In this document: positions 43,537 through 44,120 of the stretch, in pieces | Layout of the letters: the number at the start of each line of letters is the position of its first letter | Numbering within the stretch: position 1 is the first letter of the stretch | Virus record (IMG/VR): IMGVR_UViG_3300025732_000079 | Span: 1 to 44,120 of that record | Strand: one strand, 5' to 3' | Origin: a virus | Lineage: Duplodnaviria; Caudoviricetes | DNA length: 44,120 nt | Notes under the pieces: model-generated | The model's input: the letters and a program-made list of their open reading frames with translations, nothing else | Told to the model about the DNA's origin: nothing | Database searches by the model: none | Position numbers and translations under genes: made by a program

Positions 43537-43547
43537 GGAGGCACATC

Positions 43548-44120
43548 ATGGGCCAATTCAAACCAATGGTCAAAATGATGACCACGGAGCCCTCCGTTGA
43601 GTTGAAACTCAAAAAGGGTGGCCATGTCAACATGAAAAAAGGTGGACATGCAAAAGACGGCCACAAGTCCATGCCCAAGATGATGGACGGTGGCGTGATG
43701 GGCGCTCTGGCTAATACGCCCGCTTTGGTGGGTCGTCCTGCGGTGAATGCGCCCGTTCGCACTCCCGGCAAGCCCCCGATGGCTATGCGCCGCAAGGCGA
43801 TGATGCCCGTTCGTCCTGCCCGTCCTATGGGCATGATGAAGGAAGGTGGCGAGACCTCCAAGGAGCACATGGCTGAAATGAGGAAGATGGCCAGCACGGC
43901 CAAGGAACTCAAGAAGCATGAGTCCATGCCCGCTTCCAAGGCTCACAAAGGCCTGAAGACCGGCGGTGTTGCTATGGGCAACGCTGGCGGCTTTAAGAAG
44001 GGCGGCAAGGTCAAGATGGCCGAGGGCGGACTGCCCAAGAGCGGGATCATCAACACCGAGGATCAAGGTGGCGCATATCGCAACACCAAGATGCACACGG
44101 CTGAAGGTGAAGACCACACG
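43548..44120 (+). CDS. Basic Met/Lys/Gly-rich protein with repeated xxGG motifs (truncated by window end)
   Basis: GAGGAGG RBS; open frame MGQFKPMVKMMTTEPSVELKLKKGGHVNMKKGG... to window end. Confidence 0.85.
   Translation, partial: MGQFKPMVKMMTTEPSVELKLKKGGHVNMKKGGHAKDGHKSMPKMMDGGVMGALANTPALVGRPAVNAPVRTPGKPPMAMRRKAMMPVRPARPMGMMKEGGETSKEHMAEMRKMASTAKELKKHESMPASKAHKGLKTGGVAMGNAGGFKKGGKVKMAEGGLPKSGIINTEDQGGAYRNTKMHTAEGEDHT

Noticed and set aside
1-44120. Stop-codon reassignment, DGR/retron, introns or inteins
   Set aside because: Genes are intact and tightly coupled in the standard code; no reverse transcriptase motif; terL, helicase, portal and MCP have ordinary lengths

Overview
A GC-rich tailed-phage (Caudoviricetes) genome segment, probably most of a podovirus-like genome. 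From left to right: the end of a tail-associated cluster; a lysis cassette (several membrane proteins and a GH24 lysozyme); head-tail adaptor and tail/nozzle genes; five large low-complexity candidate internal/ejection proteins, the last with a lytic transglycosylase; a convergent terminator; a short leftward recombination operon (PD-(D/E)XK nuclease, SSB-like protein); a divergent lambdoid-style replication operon (Cro-like, DUF1376-type initiator with internal iterons, Zn-finger-only primase piece, DnaB-like helicase, RusA); a run of small accessory genes; an early region with four related sigma70 promoters (ArdC-like, sigma region-4 protein); a mostly non-coding ~1.1 kb block with three predicted structured RNAs; then terS, terL, a 1,022-aa ADP-ribosyltransferase-containing polyprotein, portal, GroES, scaffold, capsid genes and a truncated GG-repeat protein. 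I saw no integrase, cI, DNA polymerase, canonical tRNA or CRISPR array. The best candidates for new biology are: (1) a tandem [KR]xGGx[VI]xMxxGG motif shared by four unrelated virion-region proteins and lying at domain boundaries; (2) the ncRNA cluster before terS; (3) strong ACGT/AGCT avoidance, broken by one gene; (4) a leaderless antisense gene overlapping the ART gene. All family calls come from recognising motifs by eye; no database searches were run.
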